Shown here: positions 20,261-32,598 of the stretch, one piece after another
Layout of the letters: every line of letters begins with the position of its first letter
How positions within the stretch are numbered: position 1 is the stretch's first letter
From: Takakia lepidozioides
Lineage: Eukaryota; Plantae; Bryophyta
DNA length: 64,000 bases
Direction of reading: 5' to 3'
NCBI GenBank assembly: GCA_030704615.1
Contig: CM060731.1
Span: forward strand, 70,184,001-70,248,000
Program-made: the position numbers and the translations under genes
The notes under the pieces: model-generated
Seen by the model: the letters and a program-made list of their open reading frames with translations, nothing else
The model's database searches: none
What the model was told of the DNA's origin: nothing

Positions 20261-21039
20261 TTAGCCCGGACAACTCCAATTCAGCTTCCGGTACTCTAGC
20301 CTAGTTTCCAGTATCTGGCACTCTAGTCCAATTTCCAGCATTCCAGTATTCAAGTCGAGTTCCAGTATCTTGTACTCTTGTCCATTGTTATAAAGATCAT
20401 CTTTGATTCATGTTTACCCATCATACATTCGGCCACGCCGACCTTGACTTCTTGTCTAGTCTTGTACCTCTAGTTTGTGTTCAGTCATGTTCTCGTCCTT
20501 GACAATGCGGGTGGATACAACAATGTTGTTTTGTGTGCTTGTCGACAAAAAAAGAGCATTGCTTATCCGTGCGCCACTAGACAGTTGCAAAACATTTTTG
20601 TTGAAACTGATAGCGAAGTAAACAGACCGTACATCTTCAAGAATGTGTATAAATCAACAGTGCGGAGCTTGGTGTAGGTGGAAAGACATTTGAGGAACTA
20701 TAGAAAGATATCTACCCAGGTGTTGAGATTAACACAATTCGATCACCGGACAAGAGAGATTCAAAAGACGACGAGAGGGATTTAGAAGAGAGGGAGAAAA
20801 ACTAGCGCGTGACAGGGTTGCACACATCAATGACGTCACGTACGGCGGACCTGACGCTGACGCGACCAAAGTCACGTCAGTTTTGCCGAAAAATCAGTAA
20901 AACATGAGTTAGGTGAAAAATATGTCATGTAGGTGGACACGTTGTATTCTAAGCGATACCTTGACAAGTGAATGAATCGTTTTATAAATTACTCCATCTG
21001 CCAATATTTGAGGTCATTTTTAAATCATTATTGTTAAAT

Positions 21040-21560
21040 TGGTGCGACCTCCAAATGGTGGTTGTGGCAGAAATTATCTTATTTTTTAACAGTTGCGACC
21101 ACCAACAGAGGGGTTGTCGCAGCATTTTTGTTTTTTTAAAATAGATGCGACCACGGTGGTCGCATTTTTTTCTTTTCTTAAACAGTTGCGACCACCGCTA
21201 CTGATGGTCGCACAATTTTTATTTTTTTTTGTAATAGGTGCGACCACCATCAGGGGGGTGGTCGCAACATTTTCCTGTTTTTTAATATCTGCGACCACCA
21301 ACATAGGGGTGGTCGAAGCATTTTTCTGTTTTTTTAATAGGTGCGACCACCAGTAGGGGGGTGGTCGCAGCAATTTTCTGTTTTTTAATATCTGTGACCA
21401 CGAGCATGGGGGTGGTCACAGCATTTTTTTTTTTTTGAATAGGTGCGACCACCAGCAGGGGGGTGGTCGCAGCAATTTTCTGTTTTTCAATATCTGCGAC
21501 CACCAGCATGAGGGTGGTCGTAGCAGTTTTTAAGAAAAAAATAACATGCGACTTCCTCGT
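21040..21560. repeat. Array of 28-bp palindromes TGCGACCACC-N8-GGTGGTCGCA with T-rich spacers (~51-bp period)
   Basis: Directly visible, about 10 copies. Confidence 0.9.
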
Positions 21561-21921
21561 GCGACCTGGAGGGGTCGCAGCATTGGATTCTGATTCGTCG
21601 AGCGTGTGAGGCTTGGAGGCTGGAAGGTATATAAGGTGGTCACAATGCCCCTCACTTCTTTTGTGGCAAACACTTTTGTGGTGAGTGAATGTTCTCTATT
21701 CTTTGAGCAAGAGTGTAGCCCAAGAGGAAGGTGCGGACCGTTTGTTGTTGTGGCTTCCACCAGAGCCACTGCAGCAAATTGTCGAAAAACACAATTCTAC
21801 ATGGTGCATTGATCCACTTGGATTGATGCCGTAGTGTTGGGCCATCGCATTCTGTTCTAACTTCTATTGTTCTTGACAAATCTACCAAGTACACTAGTGT
21901 TCTTCGTTCAACCTTAAGTCT

Positions 21922-24556
21922 ATGGTTAGGGTTTTGGGTGTGAGGATGAGGGAGGAGTGGATCCCTTGGTTCACCGTAGACCCGCACAAAAAGGACGGTG
22001 TTCAATGCAATCTCTGTGCATTGAAGCTGGCGGGTCACAAAGATCGCATGTTATATCACCTCGGCTACAGAGATGGGAAGAATGTAGGGGTTATTTTGTG
22101 CCCAAAAGCCTCCATGCGAGTGAAAGCCCACTTTGCCCAATGTGGAGGCAATATCCCACCGTCTCTTGATGTGGCCGCGGCTTCTAAGCCAAACACGTCA
22201 TGTTCGAATAAAAAATGTCCCTCAGAGTTGTACCCAGGGGGATTCTTACGAGGCGTCTGCTGTTCGTGGAGAAGCCGGTGGGTCAGGAGCAACACCTGAT
22301 TGTATGCCAACACTTGTACGGACCAGACCATTGAGGTAACAGTCAATGCAAGAAGGCTTAAATTTGTCGCACAGGAGGACTCTGGATAAGAAGTAGGCCC
22401 AATTTTTCTACGAGGCCAATATTCCGTTCAATGTCTCGAGGCTTCCTGCGTTTGTGGCTGCTGTCAAAGCCACGTCCGATTCCAAGTCCACATACACACC
22501 TCCGAGTTATTGCGATCTCCGCACAAGACTGCTAGAAGAGGCTATGTCTAACCTCACCCAAAAGGTGAATGAAAAGACAGGCGATTCTCTCCGGAAATAT
22601 GGAAGCACTATATGTGCAGACAGTTGGAGTTCTGTTATTAATCGACCACTGTTCAATGTCATGCTGGTCTGTCCTGCAGGGGAACAATTTTTGGGATCCG
22701 TTGACACAAGCGGGGAGAGAAAAGATGCACGTTATCAAGCAGGGTTATTGACGAGTTTCATCGACAAAATTGGAGCTGATAAAATTGTCCAAGTTTTGAT
22801 CTCCTTTTGGAGGATTGGGGAAAAGAATCATGGATGAAACAACTAGTAAAAAGGGCAAAGTCGGTTGTGACGTTCATTCGTACACATCACATCCCTCTGG
22901 CATTGTTTAGAAAGCATGAACCTAAATACAACCTAAGGAACCCGGGTGAAACCCGCTTTGCCACAAATTTTTTGATGGTGGATCGACTGGTGACTGTGAG
23001 GGCGGGTCTGGTCTGGAGCAGATGATCATTGACCCTAAATGGGATGCGTATGTAGGCACCTTACGCGACTCTCGTAAGTCCAAGTCTTTGAACAAAAGTC
23101 GGAGGGTCCGCGCAATCATTCGCTCCGACGATTTCTGGGCAAAATGTGCAAATTTTGTGTACATGGTGGAGCCGGTGTTGATTGCTTTGAGGGAGTTTGA
23201 TGGAAAACAACCAATAATGGATAAAGCATGGTTGATATTGGAAAACCTTGAGAAGCACGTGCAATCCTTGAGGCGTCTTCCATTTTCTATGTACGATGAT
23301 TTGGCGGCAAGGACCGAGGATGCATTTTACGACCGTAAACGGATGGTTCGCACGGACTTGCATTATGTGGGGGGCTTGCTGAATCCATTCTTGCTGGACA
23401 ATACGGATTTGAGAGACGATGTGGATGCCAAAGTCGGGCTTGTACGGGTCATCATGCAACTCGCGCTCTTGAACATGACAAAGCGAGTTTTGTCCGAGTA
23501 CCGGTGCTTCTCAGATCGCCAGAATCATTTCCCTGACATGCCGGATCCAAAAGCAATGAACATGTTGCCACATGAATGGTGGGATTTAATTGGAGCTGGA
23601 GCAAGAACATTAGCTCCCATTGCAAAGTGTATTCTTGCTCAAGTGTGCTCTGCCTCGTCCTGTGAGCGGAACTGGAGCAGTTACTCGTTTGTTCACAACA
23701 AGATTCGCAACAGGTTGAATCCTGCCAAGGCTGACAAATTGGTTCATGTCTACACGAATTGTAGGCTACTGCGAGAGAGAACAGCAAGTAACGCATTTGC
23801 ATGGTACGAGAAGTATTGTTGTCTGAAGAATCTGCCACAGAGGTTCAATCTAGCAGCAATGATGACACCGACGCCGCGAGGGACTCCGACTCCGACGGTT
23901 GGGATGGGTCCGATAATGTGGGCAATCCTCCACATGACCCATATGAATTTAATGATGATGATACTGCAATGCATCCATCCTTCGATGACCTTGTTGTTGA
24001 TGAACTGCGACATGGTGTCATCCCAATTGCGGACCCCCTTCCCCCACTGGAGTACACTCTCAACAATGAAGTTGAGATCAACTCTCCCCCACCACGAGTT
24101 CCACGGACTGCGGGAGATGTGCAGATCGAATCGTCAGATGATGACAACTGGCCGTTGTCATTCCTTCACTGACATCGTGCCCCTGTGAACCGTGCTTCAT
24201 CTCACGCCGCTTCATCTCATGTTTCTCTTTCTCAAGCCGGTCCATCCCATGCTGGTCCATCTAGTCTCTCTCCCCCTCATGTAATTCCTTCCATCACTAC
24301 TCCAATCCTGGGAGATGCTTCTTCTGCTGCGGGACTTCTGCAAGTTGAACCATCGGATGACGACGACCGGCCATTGTCGTTTCATCTGGCCCGACGACGT
24401 CCGCATGTGAACCATGCTCCCTCGACCCTCGATGGTCCATCGCATGCCCCTTCCTCTCATGTCGGCCTTTCTGATGTACGTGCGAGTAGCCTTCCTCATA
24501 CGAGACCTGCTCCAAGGCCACCACGAAATCCGGGACAAGCCCAGAACGTACTCTGA
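21922..24556 (+). pseudogene. hAT transposase pseudogene (BED finger, DUF659-type core, hAT dimerisation domain, acidic/Pro-Ser tail)
   Basis: VQCNLC..RMLYHL..CPKA (BED finger); FFYEANIPFN; TICADSWS; GETRFATNF; WWDLIG..LAQVCSASSCERNWS..HNKIRNRL. Frameshifts and stops are present, plus an apparent internal deletion near 22795. Confidence 0.9.
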
Positions 24557-25149
24557 GGACGACTACAGGTGCCTCCGGAAACGAAAGAACAGATGGAGAT
24601 CATGATTCTAGCACTGATCATGGGAACGGGGGTGAAGTGAGTAGGGACGAATATTTTGTACTAGACGTGAGATCATACCATCGTCGTCGTGCCAGACGGA
24701 ACTAGGTACAACTATAACTTCTGTCATATGATGTGTAGTATGTTTCCATGGATATCCATGTTTCAATTTGGGTACATGCATACGTGTACGGAAATAAAAA
24801 TGGTGGAATATGTGTACCCAAAAAAGGGTTTGGTGGTTGTGCGTATGTTTGTGTTCCGTCATTACCTTTACATTGTTGATTTCCTATTATGGTTTCGAAA
24901 GCCACAAAGGCCAGGTGCAGCTCCCAACACTCATCTTCCCCTTCACAAATCCATGGGGAGTCGATACATGTGTTTTTCATCTGCCTCTCCAAACATACAT
25001 ACAGGTGCAGGGGGATCAACCTCCTGGTGGTCGCACCTATTTTTAAAAAAACAATTGTGCGACCACCAGTAGCGGTCGTCGCAACTGTTAAAATAAAAGA
25101 AAAATGTTGCGACCACCCCCCTGCTGGTAGTCGCACCTATTTACTGATT

Positions 25150-25434
25150 TAGTACGTAGTAAGAGGGGGGGGGTTCCCTTATATAGCCTCTCAGGACGGT
25201 GGGACCCTTCTAGAAGCACGCCGACCCTAGAGCCTTCTAGAAGGCCCTGGACACATGTCAACCCTATAGGACTCCATATTCTAAATTAGCCAATTCCTCC
25301 ATTCTTTTTTTGGACCCCCTCGTCTCATTCCTTAATACACGTGGCCTTCCTATATAGGCGCCCCACTCTAATTCCTGGGCCACAGTAATTCCTGGACCAC
25401 TCTAGAATCAGGGCCCGAATAAAACTGCTCTACA
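25150..25434 (-). mobile_element. Truncated LTR fragment
   Basis: On the minus strand it starts TGTAGAGCAG and contains CTATATAAGGG. It interrupts the palindrome array. Confidence 0.5.
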
Positions 25435-25687
25435 TATTATTCGCACCTATTTAACAAAAAGAAAAATGGTCCGACCACCCCCCTGCTGGTGGTCGCAGCT
25501 ATTTAAAAATAGAAAATTCTGCGACCACCCCCTTGCTGGTGGTCGCCCCTAAAAAAAAATGGTGCGACCACCCCCCTGCTGGTGGTCGCATATATATATA
25601 TGTGAGCACCCCCCTACGAAGACCCCCCTGCTGGTGGTCGCACCTTAAAAAAAATGGTGCGACCACCCCCCTACAGGTGGTCGCAGA

Positions 25688-25898
25688 TTTTTTTTTGGGA
25701 AACACCTGGGATCAAGAGCTCACAAATCAGGCCCCTTAGTAGTGAGAGGAGAAAATAACCTCTTTCATTTATGCGCCATGAGGCGTAGGAATGGGGCACC
25801 ACCCACGAACCATACCACACCCATCAAGTAGCAAGATTTGACCCCAGAATCGTTCGGGTCGCACTCAGTGCACTTAACCAACTGAGCTACTGACTGAT
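25688..25898 (-). mobile_element. tRNA-derived SINE
   Basis: Minus strand has A box TAGCTCAGTTGG, B-box-like GGGTCAAATCT, a unique body and a poly(A) tail. The 3' body recurs at ~58545-58630. Confidence 0.8.
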
Positions 25899-26822
25899 GA
25901 TAGATATTAAAAAATCAGAAAATTATGCGACCACCCCCCTACGACCACCCCCCGGCTGGTGGTCGCATCTATTAAATAAAAGGAAAATAGTGCGACCACC
26001 AGCAGGTGGTGGTCGCACCTATTTTTTTTAAACAAAATTTCTGCGACCACCCCCCTGCTGGTGGTCGCGCCTATTAAAAAAAAAGAAAAATTATGCGACC
26101 ACCCCCTTGTGGTGGTCGCGCCTATTAAAAAAAAGAAAAATTATGCAACCACCCCCCTGCTGGTGGTCGCACATATTAAAAAAAATAAAAATTCAGTGAC
26201 CACCCCCGTCGCACCCATTAAAAATAAAAATAAAAAATTCTGCGACCACCCCCCTGCTGGTGGTCGCACCTATTAAAAGAAATAAAAAATTCTGCGACCA
26301 CCCCCCTGCTGGTGGTCGCACCTATGAAAAGAAATAAAAATTCTGCGACCACCCCCCTGCTGGTGGTCGCACCTAATAAAGAAAAGAAAAAATAATGCGA
26401 CCACCCCCTGCTGGCGGTCGCAGCTATTACTAGCGTGCGTAGTCATGATGACAGCGCGCGTCCCGAGTGTGGAGGGGGGCTTATAAGGCCTTCGAGGCCA
26501 TTCTCTCCCTCACTTTTCTCCACACCAAGACTTGGTCATTGAGTCCGAGTGGAGAGCGGTGCTATTGGTTGGGTGGGGGGTATTTTGGGCCGTTGGTTTC
26601 TACGAAATCGATGCTGAGTACCTCCCGGGAAGCCCTCCTCTGGCACCCACTTTTTTTCATTGCACATTGTGTCATATCATTTAGAACTGCGGAGGGAGTG
26701 ACACGTGCCTCTAGTACTTGGGGACGATTCAGTAGGGAGTAGGATTAAGTACGATTAAGGAGGGTTGGGAGAGCATTTTTCTTAGCAAACACCTATCGAG
26801 TAGGGGTAAGCCAGAGCCATAA

Positions 26823-27086
26823 ATGGCGGAGGAAGAAGACAGAGGAGGTCATCCCAGGGATGACGATAATAAACCTGGACCTCCAAAAAAAAAACCGAAG
26901 GGGGCCAGGTGCGAACTTCGTTGGGACATATACAATGACCCCAACATTCTTGTGGAACCAGGTTGGGAAGTTTGGAGGTTAGGGCAGCGGTGGTCGCTTG
27001 GTGACTGTAGGAAATTTGTGGACTGGTGTCACATAAATCGTTTGTGCCCTAGAGATAGACATGATCCACAAACCAAACAAAGCTAG
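26823..27086 (+). CDS. Unknown 87-aa ORF (probably truncated) inside the transposon block
   Basis: AAATGGCG start context, basic NLS-like PPKKKPK and a Trp-rich body. It lies downstream of a palindrome array and TATAA (26482), and ends at a rearrangement junction. Confidence 0.35.
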   Translation: MAEEEDRGGHPRDDDNKPGPPKKKPKGARCELRWDIYNDPNILVEPGWEVWRLGQRWSLGDCRKFVDWCHINRLCPRDRHDPQTKQS

Positions 27087-27619
27087 CTTGCATTCCTGCG
27101 CCAACCCGCCTTCTCAAAGACGTGTAAGAGGGCATGTTAAAGACACTTGCAAAGTTTCGGAGCAATAAAATATGAAGTTTCCGTTCACCCTTTCATCCAA
27201 TTTTGAATTGAACTGGAATTTTACCTAAATAAAATGATTTAGAGGGCATAGGATTGTGGGGCGCAATGGTGTGGGGCGCATTATTTTGTTTTTGGCTTGG
27301 TTTTGTTCTGTGAGTTGAACCCTCACACCTTAGTTGCAAATTTGGACGTGACGTGGCGTTGACGCGTCAGCGTCATGTCCGACGTCAGCGACGGACGTGC
27401 GTAACGTCACGTCCTAAACGGACATTACTGTACATAAATATGTTTTTTTTTTTACTTTACTATTGATTATGTACTATGAGAACCGACGTGGCAACCGATG
27501 TGGCCTCATTACGTGGACTTCATTATTTATCTGTAAAATTCATATATTATGATTTATATTGTCAAATCATGCGACCGTCAGCAACGGTTGACGGACAATT
27601 TTTTTTTTTGTAAAATAGG

Positions 27620-27850
27620 TGCGACCACCAGAAGGGGGTGGTCGCACATTTATTCTTATTTTTTAAATGGGTGCGACCACCAGCATGGGATGGTCGCACA
27701 TTTTTAATTATTTTTTAAATGGATGCGACCACCAGCCGGTGGTGGTCGCAGACTTTTTCTTTTTTGTTATTAGGTGCGACCGCTTACGGGGGGTCGCAAT
27801 ACTTTTTTTGTTTTGTTATTAGCTGCGACCACCCATAGATGCGACCGCTA
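27620..27850. repeat. Third palindrome array, followed by TATATAA at 27925
   Basis: GGTGCGACCACC..GGTGGTCGCA units. Confidence 0.85.
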
Positions 27851-28221
27851 CCTGGACACGTGGCGAGGCGTGAATGGGCAGCAGAAGCGGTCGCGCGCCG
27901 CTCAAGGCAGGCCTCTCCAGGCAGTATATAAGGGCCTACCCCTCATTCCCAACCCACTTTTTTCCCTTTCTGTGAGTGCGGTTCTGGGGCTTCTTAGAGT
28001 TTCAACTTCGGTGGCCAGGACTAAGCCGTGGGGGGGAGAAAGTGGATTTGTGTGGGGGAGGAGTTTTTGCATTTTTCTCCTGGGACTGCGGGAGACAATT
28101 TGATTTGGGTACTATACCAATAGAGGGTGAGGAAATTGGTCTGTTAGTATATAAGGTTATCAATCGTTTGGGTTTAGTTTTCCGTTACGAAGCTGCGTCT
28201 ATTCCGCAGAGTACTTTCATC

Positions 28222-29640
28222 ATGTTCGGAAACATTGCTTCGAATGCAGTGTCAGGGGGTTCCTCGGGAAGTGGGCGTAAAGGTAGGAAGCGTAAACACG
28301 CACATGAATGGGATAGTCAGATCAACAAAAAAGACTATCCAAGCGCAGAGGCCTCGAAGGTGGTAAAGCAAGTATGCTGGATTATTTGAAGGACAATGAC
28401 ATAATGCGTTTGAATCTTTTGTATGTCCGACATGGGAATGAGGGGTTCTTTAGATTCCAGCACTATATGGAGATGAGAATGAGGGAGGCTTTGGCCGGGG
28501 ATGAATGGGAGGAGGATAGGGCGAAGTTCCAGTTCACGAAATGGATGGAGGACCGGGCCCATGATGTCACATGGAATCTGAGGCAAACCATGAGCAAGTT
28601 TGTTACGAGAATACTTGTAGCTGAAGGTCGCATGCCAACTTCGGAGGAGGAGTTGTTTATGCTTGTGGATTGGTGGTTTGACATGGCAAAGGCCCACGCC
28701 AAATGACGTATGAAACCACTCCCATGGAAGGCAGGGTCCTCGTCCGCGGATGCGGCATTGAACGTGAGATACATATCCATAAACGCACATGTATAACGAC
28801 TCAACGCGCCCAAACATGGAGGGTATGGTACAATTTGGAGGGTTAGAATTGTTGGGGATCAATTCATTCCTCCATCATGGGAGCTAGCAGGGAAAACGCC
28901 CAGGGAAACAAATGTTGAGCTTGTCAAAGTCCAACATAACAATGAGGCGTTGGCTGTAAAATTCCATCAGTTCGGCATCATAAAGTATTTTGCGTTGCAT
29001 CCATGTCGAAATGAGGGTTATACACATTGGTAGAATGGGGAGGGACCATACGATCATGGTTGAGTATTGACAGGAAATGGAGGAAAAATCGGAATAACAT
29101 GGAGTTAATGTAACGACGGGGGACGGAGCAGGAAATGCAAGAGGTCAACCGACTGGTTCGATTCCGACAGAATCGCACCCAATGGGCATGGACGCTTTTG
29201 CACATCATGCTGTACATCGGGATATGCGATTGGGGGATGGCCTCCACGACGGATGACCCAAAAACCACGTTGTACATTTTCGAGAGCAGAGATAAGATGA
29301 TAAAGACTCTCGCACATAGATGGTGGATTGCACCTGAAATTGCAATTATTCATAATGTAGCCAACAACCAGTCAGATGGCATACCTCGTAGGCCCCCTCT
29401 AACCGTGTCATCAGATACCTTTGCAATTGGGAAGATAGCCCACGCAATAAATGGGGGTAACACGTTCGATGCAAGCCTGTTCAACGATATGTCTACTGGA
29501 ACCTGATTTGCTTCGGCTCTAAGAAACTTGTGTGTAAACACAGTAGAGTTGCGGTACAAACTAAAAAATGTTGTGAAACGTTTCATGACGGGGCTATTCA
29601 ATTGGCCTGAGCCCAAAAATTGCTGGATGATGGATATAAA
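28222..29640 (+). pseudogene. Intronless divergent protein-kinase-like gene (frameshifted; catalytic loop deleted in this copy)
   Basis: HGGYGTIWRV (Gly loop, ~28815), ELAGK, NEALA, IGICDWG (DFG-like), WWIAPE, SDTFAIG. The missing HNDMFPDN loop is retained in the inverted copy at ~38060-38110. Confidence 0.7.
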
Positions 29641-29814
29641 CTTGTAGACCTCTGACTGTACATCATGTTTGAATAAATGTTGTTTTCAATTGTGTTTGTC
29701 TCGTACCATAATGTTTTAATGGTTTATTACTTGGCCATGGCACCTGGGTCCATCATATGGGATAATCAAGTACCACACCCACGAATCTTGAAGAGTGACA
29801 GTGTACACCGAGTC

Positions 29815-32470
29815 AATGGGTGAACCAATCATTTCCCTGCCAAATGATTTTAGATTGATTTGAAACTTTGGGAGTGTCTTGTACATGCTCTCTTTAAATT
29901 ACCGGACAAGTATGAGGTCAATCTAAAATGGTTCTAAGGGTGAACCAATAGTTCCTCTATTAAATGATTCATGATTGAAAATTGGTTGAAAGGTTTAACG
30001 AGTCGTTCGGGGGGCAAATGATTTTTTCTTCACTTGCAACTTTGTGTATGTGATTTGTACGTACTTAAGCACATATGGACCAAAGTTGAATTTCAACAAA
30101 GTTGTTTGAATGGGTTATTCAAATTCATAACGGAGGTATGTGTCGTATAGACGAGAAACAACCTTTCGCCTGCACATGAATTGTTTTTAATTCCATTCTG
30201 AAGTCATATGCTTGATAACAACATGAAGAGTTGCATGCAAAATATCACCATGAACAGAAATCGTCTGCATCCAAAACACATTTTATTCCCTCATTTGTAC
30301 TCGAAGGGTGAAGTTATCTTCAACTTCATGCACTCTTCATAGAGAGTTCTGCAATAGTGAGCATAGAGCAAATGATAAACGTTTTTTTCAAACATTTTTC
30401 TTTGGTACATTTTTTGGCAATCCTATGCCCTCTAAATTATTTTATTTAGTAAAAATCCAGTTCAATTCAAAATTGGATGAAATGATGAATGGAAACTTCC
30501 CCGATGAAATGATATTTTATTGCTCCGAAACTTTGCAAGTGTCTTCTACATGCCCTCTTACACGTCTTTGAGAAGTATGACATCAATCTAAAATGGTTTA
30601 AAGGGTGAACCAATCGCCCCCCTAACCAAATAATTTTAAATTGATTTGAAACTTTGCAAGTGTCTTGTACATGCCCTCTTACAGGTCTTTCACAAGTTTC
30701 AAGTCAATCTAAAATGGTTGAAAGGGTGAATCAATCATGAACATCTCAAATGATTTTTGAGTGCTTTAAAGCTTTGCAAGTGTCTTTCACATGCCATTTT
30801 AAAGGTATCGGACAAGTATGAGGTCAGTAAAATATGGTTGAAAGGGTGAACCAATTTGATTTTACATTGCTTTGAAGCTTTGCAAGTTTCAGCCACATGC
30901 CCTCTTACAAGTACCAGACAAGTATGACGTGAATAAAAAATGGATGAAAGGGTGAACCAATCATTCCGCTAACAAATGATTTTTTATATTGTTTTGGATG
31001 TCATTGCTTTGGCTATGGGTGAACCAATCATTCCCCTGCCAAATGATTTTGGATTGATTTAAAACTTTGCGAGTGTCTTGTAGATGCCCTCTTAAAGTTA
31101 CTGGACAAGTATGATGTCAATGTAAAATGGTTCAAAGGTTGAATCAACAGTTCCCCTATTGGATGATTCATGATTAATCGTTAACGATTGATCTCATATT
31201 ACACTGGGACCTATCAGAGGGTACATTGAACACATTGGCCAAGTTTCAAAGCGAACGAAAATCATTTGGATGGGCAACCATCCGTTGGCCCATTGAACAA
31301 ATTTCGATTGATCTCATATTACTTTGGGGCCTCTTCCATGGTACATTGAACATACTGGCCAAGTCTCAAAGCGAACCAAAATCATTTCGATGGCCATCCA
31401 TCCGTTGAGCCATCGAATGAATTTCGATTGATCTGATATTAGTCCGGGTCTTGTGAGAAGGTGTCTCAAACATACTGATATTAGTCCAGGTCCTGTGAGA
31501 GGATGTGAGGAGGGTGTCTCGAACATACTGGCAAAGTTTGGAAGCAAACAAAAATGATTTGGATGGGTAATCATCCGTTTACCCATTGAATGTATTCTGT
31601 TGGATCTGCTATTACCTTGGGACCTGTTGGACTGCGTTACGCGTGCTCAGGGTTTTTTTTTTCATTCCATTTTTTAATGGGGCGTGTAATGACTCCATAT
31701 GCAACGTGCGTGCCAAATTTGGGAGCGATCAAAATTCATTTGGACCCAAAACCACAGTTTCTTGCCCGTTTTGCAGTCCAAACTTGATTTTTGCTCTACT
31801 TCATGCACTCTTCATAGAGAGTTTTGCAATAGTGAGCGAAGAGAACACTTTTTTTTTTGGGGCATTTTTTATTGGTCCAAATTTTGGCGGGGGAGTAGCA
31901 GTGGGATGCTTGGAGCCGCAGAACAAAATTGAGCAAAAATAAAAATCGATACGTGCCAGAAACCCCCAATGAAAGGCAGTGCAAGGCTTAAAATTAATTT
32001 AAATTCAATTACATTCTGGAATGGCTTGGCGTCGATGGGGAGGCAAATGATTTATTCGTCTATTCATTTATTTGTGATTAATCGTTAATGGTGAAAAGGA
32101 TAAACCAAAGGTTCCTTGATAAAAAAAAATTTGAATGATTTGAAATTTTGCCAGTATGTTCTACATGCCCTCTTACATGGACCAGACAAGTATAAGATCA
32201 ATAAAAAATGGTTCACATGATGAACCAACGGTTACTTGATGTGCCAATTTCGGAATGCTTTCAAACTTTGTCATTGCATTGTACATGCCCTCTTAAAGGT
32301 ACCGGACAAGTATGAGTTCGATTTAAAATATTGCAATGGGTGAACCAATGGTATCTTCATTCAGCAATTTTTGAATGTTTTGAAACTTTGCCAGTATTGT
32401 ACATGTCGTCAAACAAGTACTGAACAAATATGAGGTCATTCAAAAATGGTTCAAAGGATGAACCTCGTAT
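29815..32470. repeat. Degenerate ~120-bp tandem repeats (GGGTGAACCAA..GAAACTTTG..ACATGCCCTCTT..GACAAGTATGA type, plus a related ATTGATCTCATATTAC type)
   Basis: Anchor motif near 29818, 29938, 30603, 30724, 30844, 31017, 31137, 32220, 32338 and 32458. Second type at ~31187, 31306 and 31426. Confidence 0.8.
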
Positions 32471-32598
32471 TTCCAAAAATTACGTAGACTATACAGTGGG
32501 TTGCACATTTAAGTTTTCGCAACGTAAGACCTTTGGCCTACTCCCTACGTTTCTAGCCTTTCTAGTCATCTTCATCTAGATTAATTACTTCGTTGTCG

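Larger units (their letters stand above)
20813..26430 (+). mobile_element. hAT-superfamily DNA transposon (5' terminus, subterminal repeats, defective transposase); 3' terminus not identified
   Basis: Begins CAGGGTTGCACAC. Palindrome arrays lie on both sides of a hAT transposase gene. Confidence 0.8.
25020..26430. repeat. Same palindrome array in the opposite orientation (C-rich loop, A-rich spacers), interrupted by an LTR fragment and a SINE
   Basis: Units at e.g. 26241, 26293, 26344 and 26396. Confidence 0.9.

Noticed and set aside
25830-25898. tRNA gene
   Set aside because: A and B boxes are present but there is no convincing cloverleaf. It is followed by a repeated body and poly(A), so it is a SINE.
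25920-26430. CRISPR-like array of palindromic repeats with spacers
   Set aside because: The spacers are near-identical A-tracts rather than unique sequences, there are no cas genes, and the context is a eukaryotic transposon.
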